DNA from: Octopus vulgaris
Lineage: Eukaryota
DNA: 64,000 bases
Assembly (NCBI GenBank): GCA_951406725.2
Contig: OX597820.1
Location: 94,178,001 to 94,242,000 of the forward strand
Direction: 5' to 3'
Positions 26,973 through 39,601 of the stretch are shown piece by piece (positions within the stretch are counted from its first letter, which is position 1; each line of letters opens with the position of its first letter). The translations under genes and the position numbers were made by a program. Below the pieces are notes generated by a model that worked only from the letters and a program-made list of their open reading frames with translations, did not search any database and was not told the origin of the DNA.

Positions 26973-27157
26973 CTTTTCCTGTCTCTGCATCTCTCAAATC
27001 AAACCTTACTATCTTAAGAGTGTAGTCATAAAACTAAATTTGAAAAGAATAAGGTAGGATGGCCTCTGTCGGAACGCCATTAATTACTGGTCTGTTCAAC
27101 CTCATGCTAAAAAACACCAATGTTTGTGGCCTTGACAAGAGAAGGGAATCTTCATTC

Positions 27158-27302
27158 CAGTCATGGACAAACCGCAGCCCGCGGGACTTTCGAACCCGGA
27201 CTAGCACACTTGAATGAAAAATTACCTCGAAAGTTTATAAAAATATAGCCCATGTGCTATGTCCCACGCAGCCCGCTTCTCGAAAAAAGTTGCTCATGCC
27301 TG
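27158..27302. mobile_element. hAT (Charlie-like) MITE
   Basis: cagtcatggacaaac ... gttgctcatgcctg ends with subterminal gcagcccgc motifs. Confidence 0.6.
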
Positions 27303-27589
27303 AATGCGGTCGCTCAGTCGGCTAGAAATAGTAGCCTAAAATAGGCGGTATAACGTAATCCTTGTTGTATTACGTCTCGATGGTTACAGTTAAATGCCAT
27401 TAATTATAAATCATGGACAATCTGGGGTTGAACAAGGACAATTTGTAAAATTGTGCCGCTGAGCAACGTGAGATGAAATGTTTTGCTCAAGAAAACAACT
27501 CACTACCCAAGCCAGGAATTGAAACCGCTATCTCGCGAGCAACACCATAATCATTAGTCCATGCGTCCTCGACGATCAGTGAAATCAAA

Positions 27590-28260
27590 CGCTACTTAAA
27601 TACTTAGATTGACGTAATCAGCCAATCCCCACCCCTCAAAACTGTTGACCTTGTGCCTAAATTATCATAAAGCGGTGAATAAGCAGAATTATTAGAGCGT
27701 TGGACAAAATGCTTTGCAGCATTTCTTCCTCATCTACGTTTTAACTTCAAATCCTGCTAAGGTCAGCTTTGCCTTTCTTCTTTACGGGGTCGATGAAAAT
27801 AAAGTACCAGTCAAGTACTGGAGTCGGTATAGTCAACTGTTCTCGTCTTCCGAATCCCATGCATTGTGTTTGTGTTAAAAACAATTAGAGGGTGTTCTGA
27901 ATTTAAACCCTACGATGGTAACTCTATCTTTTCTGGATCGATAAAATGAAGCACCAATCAAGTACTAGATCGATTTAATTAACTGTGGCCTATCCACAAG
28001 TTTCAGGCCTTGTTCCTAACTTCGAAACAATAATGTGGGGTGGACTGGCAGAATCGTTAGACGTCGGTTACGAAAAATGCTTTTCCGTGTTTATTTGGGG
28101 TCTTTATGTACTGAGTTCAAATTCTCTCATGTCCTTCATTCCTCTGGCACCGATGAAATAAAGTACCAATCAAGACTGAGATCAATATAATCAACTGCTC
28201 TTCTCTCCACAGATTTCAGAACACAGGTTCGTGTCAGATACAATTATTAAGACAGTGAGG
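27590..28260 (+). mobile_element. Tandem array of ~4 degenerate family-A SINE units
   Basis: Repeated cgatgaaaataaagtacca.tcaag.act modules. Confidence 0.75.
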
Positions 28261-28888
28261 GCAGTGAGAGGCAGAATCTCTAAATACTTCACATACTTAA
28301 TACACCTCTTTTTTGGAAGTCAATTTCAAAGACCCTTTTTCAAAATGCGTAGCTCTGTAGCTTTATGAGTAAGATATCAGGGTGATATTGAGCGACGAAT
28401 TTTCAAGTTAAAGTTATCTGACTTCATTGTCATTGAGAATAATCTAGGAAGTATATACAAGGTACAAAATTCTTAACCCATGAAGCGTTTGGATTTACAC
28501 TTACATAGCATGGACTGCCGAGCAACTATGCACAAATAAAAAACAAAAAATAGTTAAAATATCTTCTTAGTATATAATGGTGGCAAGTTTTAAATAATCG
28601 GAAAAGTCATTAGTTGTACTATTAGCCCTCTTACATTCTGGGGGTGGGGGGTTTGGAGCGTTTGAGTGACATCAGACCCCAACAAACGCCCATAAATTAA
28701 ATGCATCTATCTGGGCAATGATCGTGGCCTGTTGACCTGTACCTGACTGCAACGATCGTAGCTCGTCGCTCTTTATGTGTTAACTTCTCTCCTCCCCACA
28801 AAATATTGAACCGTGTTCTGATTCAGATGAAATCATTATTACTCAGAGGTCGGAGATTTTTATATTGATTTCACTTCTGCTCCTAATA

Positions 28889-29040
28889 ATATGTATTTCT
28901 TTATTGCCCACAAGGGGACAAACATAGAGGGGGTAAACAAGGACAGACAAAGAGATTAAGTCGATTACATCGACTCCAGTGCGTAACAGGTACTTATTTA
29001 ACCGACCCCGAAAGGATGAAAGGCAAAGACCTCGGCAGAA
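28889..29040 (-). mobile_element. 5'-truncated family-A SINE with 14-bp TSD
   Basis: TSD ttctgctcctaata at 28875-28888 and 29041-29054. Confidence 0.85.
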
Positions 29041-29885
29041 TTCTGCTCCTAATAGTATTAAGTAAGGAATGAAAGTAACATTATGTTGTAATGAAACCTC
29101 TACTTTTTGGCCACTCATCAAGTATGACGTAGCCAATATTATTCATAAAAACATAGATTCTGCAACATAGTTTCGATTCTTTGTTGTAGATATTCCATTT
29201 CATCTTCATAACCCGATACCTTCTAGTCGTGTATGAAACCCTCATTTCCTTGGGAAATTAATGAAGATAATTATGTTCTCCTTTCTTTCTTTCATCTTTT
29301 CCTTTTTAATTGCTTAATCATAACAGGAGGGTAGCGCTCGTAACCCACTTTTAGGGTCTCAGACTAGAGACCTGGCCCAAATACTCGCCACACAGTGAAC
29401 TTCGTAGAAGTCAGATGGTGAGATTAAACCAAAAGACGGACTAAGCATACGACTCAAAATTGTCTTCTGGTTATGACGAAAAAGTATAATTGACAAGATT
29501 AAGGAATCTAAGTGAATAACAGCAAAACATGTTTTTTTTTACAGCAGCTATATACTCATCAACATTTTTAAGTACCACTTAAAGAGAGAGGTGAAAGTGG
29601 AGAGCTTGGCCTGAATGACTGAGCCTGTTTTGAATATACATATATAGGTCATGGGCGAAATCTTGGAAGATAGCATTTGCCTTCGGTAGTCAGAATAATT
29701 TGGGGACTTGTATGGTGTGCATTGATTTAAACGCTAGATTGTTGTATAGTTTCTTGATGAAAGAGTTTAAGGAAGACTTGTTAGGATGTAACAGAACCTT
29801 CCATTTGAGATCTCTATTCTTGTTTAACTTTTTAACGTTCTCTTTCTTGTAATAATACTAAAGTCCAGAAGAAGATTTTCGAGAG

Positions 29886-29924
<39 letters not shown>

Positions 29925-30083
29925 TGAGAAAGTTGGTGTGTGAAAGCACGTGGTTGGATATATAGAAAATAGTAAAAAGTGAAAAAATTACAGAAGGCTT
30001 GTTTTATAAGGTTAAAGAATATATTTGAGTCATTATGTTGGAAGAATGTTATAAAATTTTTTCATACAGTAACATAGTTTTTG

Positions 30084-30122
30084 AAGAAATTACCGGTTTC
30101 GTGTTAACTTTTCAAATTTCTC
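30084..30122 (-). ncRNA. Mirror copy of the U3-A8 minimal hammerhead
   Basis: Reverse complement in the left palindrome arm; core identical. Confidence 0.7.
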
Positions 30123-30186
30123 AAGTGTCTTTACCTACGTCGTGTTATGTCTTCGAAGACATAACACGATGTAGGTAAAGACACAT

Positions 30187-30225
30187 AAGAAATTTGAAAA
30201 GTTAACACGAAACCGGTAATTTCTT
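30187..30225 (+). ncRNA. Minimal hammerhead ribozyme, U3-A8 core variant
   Basis: aagaaat-TTGAAAA-gt(taac)ac-GAAA-ccgg-TA-atttctt. 7-bp helix I, palindromic ACCGGT helix III, GUA triplet. Confidence 0.7.
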
Positions 30226-30638
30226 CAAAAACTATGTTACTGTATGAAAACATTTTATAACATTCTTCCAACATAATGACTCAAATATATTCTTTAACCT
30301 TATAAAACAAGCCTTCTGTAGTTTTTTCACTTTTTACTATTTTCTATATATATATATATATATAATTAATAATATCAGGGTAATAAAGATTTTAGAAATT
30401 TTTACTACCAGTGGCCTAGCGTATATAAAAATTAGTCAGTAGACTATATATTATTCATATATATAAATACAGTGTACAAAAGTCAGAAATCATGTTCCAG
30501 GAGATAGATGGTAAATGTTTTTTTATTTTTCATTCCCTTCGAAGTTTTATCCCAAATAGTGGTTTGGACTTTGGCTGTTCCTACTAGCGTGCCAGGAATT
30601 CTATGACGGATACCTCTTATGTGTTTAAATGAACACTG

Positions 30639-30717
<79 letters not shown>

Positions 30718-31312
30718 GCATTTGGCTATTTCTTGTAGACAAAGGATCAAAGAGGCCGTCTCTTTAGCGTGACGTAGTAACTATAGATGCTTGTGGGAAT
30801 TTCCTGGTCTAATAATATAAGAGAATGAACGAAAAGAGAAATGAACGAGCATATCGCAATGAATTACTGGCGAAATTTCCTTTTATTGATGTGTGGTTTC
30901 AAATGAATCACAACCACACCCGAACGGCTCAATCGTTACACAGCGAAAGCTTTGTGCATTGGCGAATGTAAGTCAGTACTCATATTCATACTCATACTCA
31001 TGCAAATTATGCGTATGGCTGTGAAGTTCCATATTCCTATATATAAGTATGTATGTGTCAGTCTCTATACTTATATATATATATGCGTATGTGAGTATAC
31101 TCATACATAGGCATGAATGTGTGAGTATATATTACTCATACAAATTATGCATATGTGTACCCGTATGTATGTATGTATGTATGTATGTATGTATGTATGT
31201 ATGTATGTATGTATGTATGTATGTATATATGTATGTATGTATGCATGTGTGGGTATATATATTCATATATATTATGTGCCGTACTGATATGATTTTTCAA
31301 AGCTAAAAGAGT

Positions 31313-31530
31313 TACTCTTTTACTTGTTTCAGTCATTTGACTGCGGCCATACTGGAGCACCGCCTTTAGTCGAGCAAATCGGCCCCAGGACTTATTCTTT
31401 GTAAGCCTAGTACTTATTCTATCGGTCTCTTTTGCCGAACCGCTAAGTTACACGGACGAAAAACACACCAACATCGATTGTCAAGCGATAGCGGGAGGTC
31501 AAACACAGACGCACAAATATATACACACAG

Positions 31531-31578
<48 letters not shown>

Positions 31579-31745
31579 GTATATTCGACGGACTTCCTTC
31601 AGTTTCCATCTACCAAATCCACTCACAAGTCTTTGGTCGGCCCGAGGCTATAATAGAAGACACTTGCCCAAGGTGCCACGCAGTGGGAGTGAACCCGGAA
31701 CCATGTGGTTGGTAAGCAAGTCACTTACCACACGGCCACTCCTGC
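31313..31745 (-). mobile_element. Family-B SINE with internal (TA)n
   Basis: Reverse complement of the 38412-38812 copy. Confidence 0.9.
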
Positions 31746-31979
31746 GGATTTTAATGACATGCTATTTTTTACTGAATTAAAAGGATGACAGGATTAACTT
31801 TACTCTTCATTCCACAAGGTTAATTTGGATTGTTAAAATAAGTGCCAGTTAAATACGAGGGACATTAATTCCTCTCCTAAAATTTTCCGAAGTTATATCA
31901 ACATTAGAAATCATTAATTCTATCACAAGTTGACAAGATGATAGAAGCAGAAAAGTGCTGTAATTTTCGATAATTTGGC

Positions 31980-32220
31980 CTGAGTGGGAAAGGCCTGGGC
32001 CCATAGCCAACTCTGGCCCTCCTGGATGGTCGATATTAACGGGGTTAGTTTTTTTCCTTTGACGGCTTCAACTTTGACGGTTTGATGGCTAGAAAGGCAA
32101 TTCCAGATGGCTAATATTCTAGGAAGGAAGAGATGGGGAAAAATTAGTTAGTGTAATGCATGTGGGTCACAATATGTAGATCGGAAAAGGGGGAAGTAAA
32201 CTCGGTTTAGTGGTTCTCAG
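31980..32220 (-). mobile_element. Possible CR1/L2-group LINE 3' end
   Basis: Minus-strand FLPRILAIWNCLS resembles the SFxPRxxxxWNxLP C-terminal motif. Confidence 0.35.
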
Positions 32221-32940
32221 TTTTGGTAAGAAATAAGGTGCTTGGTAATTTTCAGCCACGTTCCGAGTTTAAACAAAAAGATTAGCTATCCTACATACAT
32301 ACAAACATACATACAAACATACATACATACATACAAACATACAAACATACATACATACATACAAACATACATACATACATATACATACATACATACATAC
32401 ATACATACATACATACATACATACATACATACATACATACACACACATATACAAACATAAGTTTTATCTTTTTAATTATTTTTTTTTATTTCTTTAACCT
32501 CTAAGCACATCATATCTGTCAATTATATTAAAAGAAGGTAAATAAGTAACACCTTGTAAGTTTGTTCTGATTATATCTAAAAGTACATTTTTGATTAAAT
32601 GACAGGATTTCAAAAAACTTCTTTTTTTTTCTAATTCCTTGCTTGTGCTAAGTGTTCTAACATAATGTTTTTAAATATGCTGACTTACACCGTGGAATTT
32701 CCATGTGTCCCGCTTCTAGTAATAATTGTTTCTACGATAGCCACAAGACCCGAATTTTGGGAGAAGGGTGCTAGTCGATTACATCTACCACAGTACCCGA
32801 CCGGTTCTTATTTTATGGACCCCCGAAAGAATGAAAAACAAAATCGACCTCGGCGGAATTTGAAGTCAAAACGTAAAACCAGAAGAAATCTGCCAGGCGT
32901 GATAACGGCCCTATCAGCTCGCCATTTTACTAATAAAATA

Positions 32941-32942
32941 AC

Positions 32943-32988
<46 letters not shown>

Positions 32989-33083
32989 TTATGAAGATGA
33001 TGATGACGACGACGATAATGAGGATAATGACGACAACGACGATGATGATGATGATGACGACGACGACGACGACGACAATGATA

Positions 33084-33117
<34 letters not shown>

Positions 33118-33190
33118 CGACGACGATGACGATGATGATGATGATGACGATGACGACGACGATGATGATAATGATGATGATGATGATGAT
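32941..33190. repeat. (GAT)/(GAC) trinucleotide microsatellite
   Basis: Direct inspection. Confidence 0.95.
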
Positions 33191-34744
33191 TTCTTATATT
33201 AGCATCAATTCACGACTTTTAGGGAAGGTGAATTGATCCAATATATATGACGTTGGAATCAAAAGGAGTGGAGAATTTCTTAGCCTTAACATCATAAACA
33301 TCGATAAGTATCAAAAATTTTTTAACAAAACACCGCCGAAATAATTTACAGCTGTACAAAAAAATGCCGACTGTTTAATGATGAGTTATTTTTAAAGGAC
33401 CAGTCAACAAAAGACATCCAGGAAATAGAGTGTGTTTGTAATTTAAAGAAGACATACCACCTTAATGAGAAATGCTTAACGAAAACAATTGCAGATGGGG
33501 GAAACGTAACGCCGTTGGCGCGTAGCAAAGAAACAAACTTTGTAACAATATGAGTAGAAGCAGCCTTAAAAGCTTTACTCAACCGTATGTCCATGTTCAG
33601 GTAAGTAAAAAGAATACTAGAGCCTTTTCTATATATGTTTTACCTAAAATGCTGATATGGTGACCACTTAAATATCAATTGCTTATTCATTGAGTGCATA
33701 AATATGAGCACCTCAAATGTGTGCATTTAGTGCACCATACATAAATGGACAAAGGAAGCAATGCCAACCATGCACTACAAAAATATTCCACATGATAACC
33801 AATCGACTCGATATTTAAATAAAAGAACTGAGATATTGTTTATGTGCTACCACGAAAACAAATTCTCGTTCACAAACCATAACCGCAAAAAAAACCGGGG
33901 TATACACAGGCAGGCCCAAGTTGAAGTTTACGGCACACCAATTTGCGATACAGAACACGAACGATAATTCTATCAGCATTTTCGTATGTTCTTTGATGAT
34001 ATACCGTATGGTAAATGTTTATCCAGCGAGCAGCTTCAAGTAATGGTAAAGGGACCAATGTCACACACGCACATACACGCACACACACACACATACACAC
34101 ATAACAAAATAACAAATACACATAGTGCTTAAATAGTACTTCATCATGACCACCTCCCACATACCGCGTAAAAACCAACTATTGTAAACCTACTGAATTG
34201 TACGGCATGGATATACGTAAGCAAAATTTTTTTACAAACGTTCTCAAACATATTGCTCAAAAACACACTAATATTGTTATTTTGCAATACTTATCTCAAC
34301 TTTATATCTAAACCTGCACGACATAGCCACTAAGTCTCTCCCCACCCATATCACACCCTAAAAGTAGTAAACATTTAATAATGAATGAATGTCGTCTTAG
34401 ATACAGTCTGTGTATAAAAGAAAATCACAGTCAAGACTAGAATCCCTTTGATTATAGACCTATCCAGTTAATGATGACCTGGTGTTAAATAACAACAATA
34501 GCATACATAACAGTGATTCTGAAGATGACAAAAAGCAGCCACCCACCTAAATTTATTTAGCCGCCCCTCCTCTTTATTCTTTATTAATGAAATGGCAAAA
34601 TAGATTTTATGTCTATATAATTCTTCCTCTATAAAGATGATTGACAAGTTTATAGTGTCTAAATTTTATTATAATACCTCTTTGTCCACCCACTATTCAA
34701 TCCTCACAGACCCACCTTATTTATGTGTCTTAATGTATGTGTAT

Positions 34745-34793
<49 letters not shown>

Positions 34794-35369
34794 AGTATGT
34801 GTGTGTATGTGTATGCTCGTGTATTTGTGTATGCGTGTGCGTGTCTGTGGTACACGCAATACACGCAAAACATTCTCATACACAGATATAAACAGTTCTA
34901 TAATTACACACGCAGCTCATAATTACTACCTATTTTCACATCCGTCGGATTCATTATTTATACACGCCTACACACATACACTCTCAGACATAACTTGTAC
35001 ACATACATGTCTATGTAACATATATATACACTCATAAACTAGGACGATACATACACTTAAATACACCCTTACAGATATAAACAGTCACACAAGGTACATA
35101 TACATACGCAATCTTTAATTATTTTATTATTTTCCCCGTTTTAGTCATTGGATTGCAGCCACGCTGGAGCATCGTATTCGATGGTTTTAGTCGATCACGT
35201 GGGCCCCAGAACTACGTTAGTCAGTTACACCCATTTACAGTGTTACCACCTTTCTGTGAACTACATATACAGGGATTGCATATATATCAGTGTGTATGTG
35301 CGTATGTATGTATGTATGTATGTATGTATGTATGTATGTATGTATGTATGTATGTATGTATGTATATAT

Positions 35370-36044
35370 GTCTCTTCTATTTTTTAAATATTATAAATAT
35401 TCCACTGAGGAGGGAGCCGGTTTCCAACAAAGATACAAGGCTCCATCTTTGGGATGTAGTTAACACAGATAAATTCACATTTGGCACTTGAGAAAAGTCT
35501 TCCATACTTTTACTGTTCCTCTCACAGATTGAACTTGTAATGTACGAATTGGCCGGTCAGTTTCTCTTTCTGAAAATCCCAGTTTATCCAGATTCTTCTT
35601 TAAGCATTTACTAACACAATCCGGTGCTCCAATTAATATTCGTATGAATATGAATTCAAAGTCTGGATATAGAAGATGGAGGTTTCGAAGCAGTTGTCCA
35701 TAGATATCCTCTTTTTCTTTGATTTTCATAGAGATATTTATATCTGCAGGGCAGCTGACTTCTATGATGGTACATACCGTTGCCTTTCTTTCCCAAACAA
35801 CAATATCCAACCTGTTATGCTTACATTTGACAGAAGTTTTGATGGGAATATTCCACCAGTATTCCTTGAGTTCATGTTTATAAATGTATTCCGTAATAGA
35901 GGGATTTTCTAAGTTTATTTCAGGATATTCCTTTTTGCGGAGAATACCGGAATGGACATGGCCAGTCTGAAGGAAGCGGCCCAGGATAGAACTGACTGGA
36001 GGACACTGACCCAACGAGTGACCGAGAGTCGACTTCGACTGAGC

Positions 36045-36105
<61 letters not shown>

Positions 36106-37022
36106 CGTAACGACATTTTAGGACAGCTGCTAATCACATGCGTAATATCTCCCACAGAAACTTGACATAGCCCACACATGCGGTTGCACCTTGGGATTTC
36201 AAGAGCACCGCTGTCTCTCTTGTTCACTAGGTACTTTGTGGAAATCTTCTGTTCCTGGATTGCAAACGCACAGCCTTCAAAGTGTGATGTGAAGTAGTGG
36301 TCTTGTGTCCAAGAGAGGCTGCACTTTATGTCAACTCTACTGTCTTCTTCAAGCTTCCGGGTAACATACCCATGCATGTTTTTTTTTTGTGTGCCGAGAG
36401 CTTTCCATCCAGGTATTCTCTGAGGTAAGAGACCCAGCTGTTTTGGGGCTGTATAGGAGATCATCAGGAAGAGAGTGTTTCTTGAGGAGTTCACTGCCAA
36501 TTCGTACAATGTTGCTCACTTCACTTCAGGACTGCATAATATATTTATTTTTGCTGCTGTTTTTAGCAGGTGCTGCCTGAGTGATACCATACGGCATTCG
36601 AAGGCCGTCTGCACTGATCTCAGGCCTCTACCACCTTTATTTCTTCTTATGTAGAGCTGTATGACACGTGCACTGTTTCTGTGTGAACGTGTCTCTTTTG
36701 TGCTTAGGATTTTGCGGGTTTTGATATCCATGGAATGGATTTCCTCTACAGGCCAATCAAGTATCCCAAATGTTGGGATCAGTACTGGTACTGCAATGCA
36801 TTGCGGGATATTGTTTTGTTGTAAGTTTTACAGATTTTCACTCTGCTGCTGATTGACTGAAGTCTGGTGTAATATTCTCGGGTCACTTTATCTTTATTTA
36901 CAGTACCTTCATATGATATATTTTCGTTTATGCCTAGGTACTTGTAACATTCCTTTTGTGGAATGAGGGAGACAGAGAGACCGTTGATGCATAGGTCTGG
37001 GGTTTGGGGGACTGACTTTCCT
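35370..37022 (-). mobile_element. 5'-truncated R4/Dong-clade non-LTR retrotransposon (RT thumb, CCHC knuckle, restriction-like endonuclease) between (CATA)n tracts
   Basis: Peptides CYKYLGINE; DIKTRKIL...LYIRRNKGGRGL; AIQEQKISTK; CGLCQVSVGDITHVISSC; HNRLDIV...IIEVSCP...KEDIY. The 3' UTR has a ggagcc/ggctcc stem. Frameshifted. Confidence 0.9.
35943..36102 (+). mobile_element. 3' terminus of an RTE/BovB-like LINE with (AG)n tail, nested in the R4 element
   Basis: Translates NTGMDMASLKEAAQDRTDWRTLTQRVTESRLRLSG*, typical of RTE C-termini. Confidence 0.85.
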
Positions 37023-37716
37023 ATGTATGTATGTAGGCTCTAGAATATATGAGTGTCATGATCTAAAGCGCAAATTAAAGATCTCCAAAATGTCCAATGT
37101 CATTCTTTGTATATGCCGGTTTTGTATCAAAGTGACCTTTCTCTTATAGACATACTATAACAAGAGTTGAGCGGTGTCCCATTCACTGGTTTGTGTCTGG
37201 ATCATGTCATCTGGGTGGAGTGGCTCAGTGAGGTAGTGTGAAAGCCTTGTTGAACCTCAGATTTGAGGTAGCACGATCGCCGACTAGGCGAGATACCTGG
37301 TCGAGTAGAAGAGCATCGCGATGAAAATAGAAGCTGCAAGTGCGAGCTCGAATGATGCCGACCGCGGATGCAATATCCTCATGTACAAACATTTCTGACA
37401 TTTTGCATGGGCAATGGTCAGTGATGGTCTTCCTCGGTCATGTATGTATGTATGTATGTATGTATGTATGTATGTATGTATGTATGTATGTATGTATGCA
37501 TGTATGTATGTATGTATGTATGTATGTATGTATGTATGTATGTATGTATGTATGTATGTATGTATGTATGTATGTATGTATGCGTAACCAAAACCTCGGC
37601 ATAGTTTCTGCCAGCCAGCCTAATTTTGCTCAAATGACATTTGTTATAATAAATTTCTGAGCGAGGTATATACAAAAGCTGCACGATATCGGTGACAATC
37701 ACCGACCGGTAATTGT

Positions 37717-37761
37717 TACATGCTGATGACGGGTCAATACGCAGAAACTCGGGTCCGTGTG
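37717..37761 (+). ncRNA. Minimal type I hammerhead ribozyme (partly degenerate)
   Basis: tacatg-CTGATGA-cgggtcaatacgca-GAAA-c(tcgg)g-TC-cgtgtg. Helix I has 4 Watson-Crick and 2 G-U pairs. GUC triplet. Helix II is imperfect. Confidence 0.65.
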
Positions 37762-38411
37762 TATCATGTCAGGTTGGAGATGGGAAGGATGGCTTCCCTT
37801 TGCAAATACTGATAGGACACAGAAAGTGTGTCAATAGCCAGCTGGAGGAGGTGTCCTCCTGGGGCTACAAGCTACAGTAGCATCCACCCTTAAGGGTTAG
37901 CCACATTTAAGTGGCAAATATACTTCACGACATTTGTTATCTTTGAGTTATAAGAGATAACAGTTGCCGAAGAGTTTGCTCGATGCGATCGAAGCAAATC
38001 TCTACACCACGCAGCTCTGCTTGTGTCCATATACACGTATTTACATACTCAGGCACGTGAACGACATCAATATGACACGTAAAATCGTTAGTATATCTGG
38101 CAAAACGCTTAGCAACATTTTGTCCATCTTTACGTCCTGAGTTCAAATGTTACCAGGGTCGAAAAAATAAGTACCAGTTGAGCACTGGGGTCGATCTAAT
38201 CGGACTTACACCTCCCACAAATCTGCTGACCCAGTACCTAAATTTGAAACCAACATGGTACGTAGATTTACATAGAGGCCTATACCCAAGTATTATTTTC
38301 TAACACAGATAAAAACACCCTACATACATAATAACCACACACAGATATACACATATACACTTATTCACGGACATGTATACGCAATATGCGTATGCACACA
38401 CACATTTGTAT

Positions 38412-38812
38412 GAGTGGCTGTGTGGTAAGTAGTTTGTTTACCAACCACATGGTTCCGGGTTCAGTCCCTCCGCGTGGCATCTTGGGCAAGTGTCTTCTAC
38501 TATAGCCTCGGGCCGACCAAAGCCTTGTGAGTGGATTTGGTAGACGGAAACTGAAAGAAGCCCGTCGTATATATGTATATATATATATGCGTGTGTGTGT
38601 TTGTGTGTCTGTGTTTGTCCCCCTAGCATTGCTTGACAACCGATGCCGGTGTGTTTATGTCCCCGTTACTTAGCGGTTCGGCAAAAGAGACCGATAGAAT
38701 AAGTACTGGGCTTACAAAAGAATAAGTCCCGGGGTCGAGTTGCTCGACTAAGGGCGGTGTTCCAGCATGGCCGCAGTCAAATGACTGAAACAAGTAAAAG
38801 AGTAAAAGAGAG
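38412..38812 (+). mobile_element. Full-length family-B tRNA-derived SINE
   Basis: A-box-like tggctgtgtgg, B-box-like gggttcagtccc, internal microsatellite, gtaaaaga repeat tail. Confidence 0.9.
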
Positions 38813-39334
38813 AGTATATATATATACACACACACACTCACACACAGACACACATTCACTTCCTTAACTACATGAATTCTAAATACACACTACCGCATGT
38901 CGAAAACTCACACACACACACACAACCACACACACACAGACACACCCACAAACACACACACTCTTACTTGTTTGTTAAATACAAACTAATAGAGCGATAT
39001 ATCCTTACACACAATCAGAGGCATGTCAGATATGCATGTTCTTATACACGGATACATACAGGCACACTTACCCATACACACCTACACGCACATTTCCATT
39101 CTTACCCACACATTCACAGACGTATTATATATAGACACTTACACACACATGACTGCTAACATACACATATTTAGTCACTAACAAATATCAAATACTCACA
39201 CATACACACACATACACTAAAACACACGCACAATAAAAGTACAGTTTCAACATTCTATGTCGAGTAATCTGACGACAATCTGAGTTATATGTTCGAGGGG
39301 GGGGCGAGGGAGAGAGACTAAGAGAGGGAGAGAG

Positions 39335-39370
<36 letters not shown>

Positions 39371-39490
39371 AAGGTGTAAGATGACGAAGAAAACAAGAGA
39401 GAGGGTGAATGACTGTGAGGGAAAGAGAGAATTAGCAATGTTAATTCATGGTTGGGTGGAGAATGTGAACAATTCTGAAATATGTACATG

Positions 39491-39535
<45 letters not shown>

Positions 39536-39561
39536 TCCCTTTTCTCTCTGTCGCTATATAT

Positions 39562-39601
<40 letters not shown>

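Larger units (their letters stand above)
29958..30351. repeat. 394-bp spacer-less palindrome (197-bp arms), probably an inverted Penelope-type pseudo-LTR
   Basis: Centre between 30154 and 30155 (gtcttc|gaagac). About 5 mismatches and no indels by eye. (TA)n tracts nearby on both sides. Confidence 0.95.

Noticed and set aside
27590-28260. CRISPR-like array
   Set aside because: Eukaryotic context; the units are diverged ~180-bp SINEs, not repeat-spacer units.
32665-33236. Poly-Met/Thr ORFs
   Set aside because: (GAT)/(GAC) microsatellite joined to a SINE.
35475-36509. 344-aa ORF as a host gene
   Set aside because: Retrotransposon C-terminus with a nested insertion; the upstream region is frameshifted.
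37800-37900. HDV-like ribozyme on the minus strand
   Set aside because: Some stems are suggestive, but I could not build P3/L3/P1.1 in the required order.
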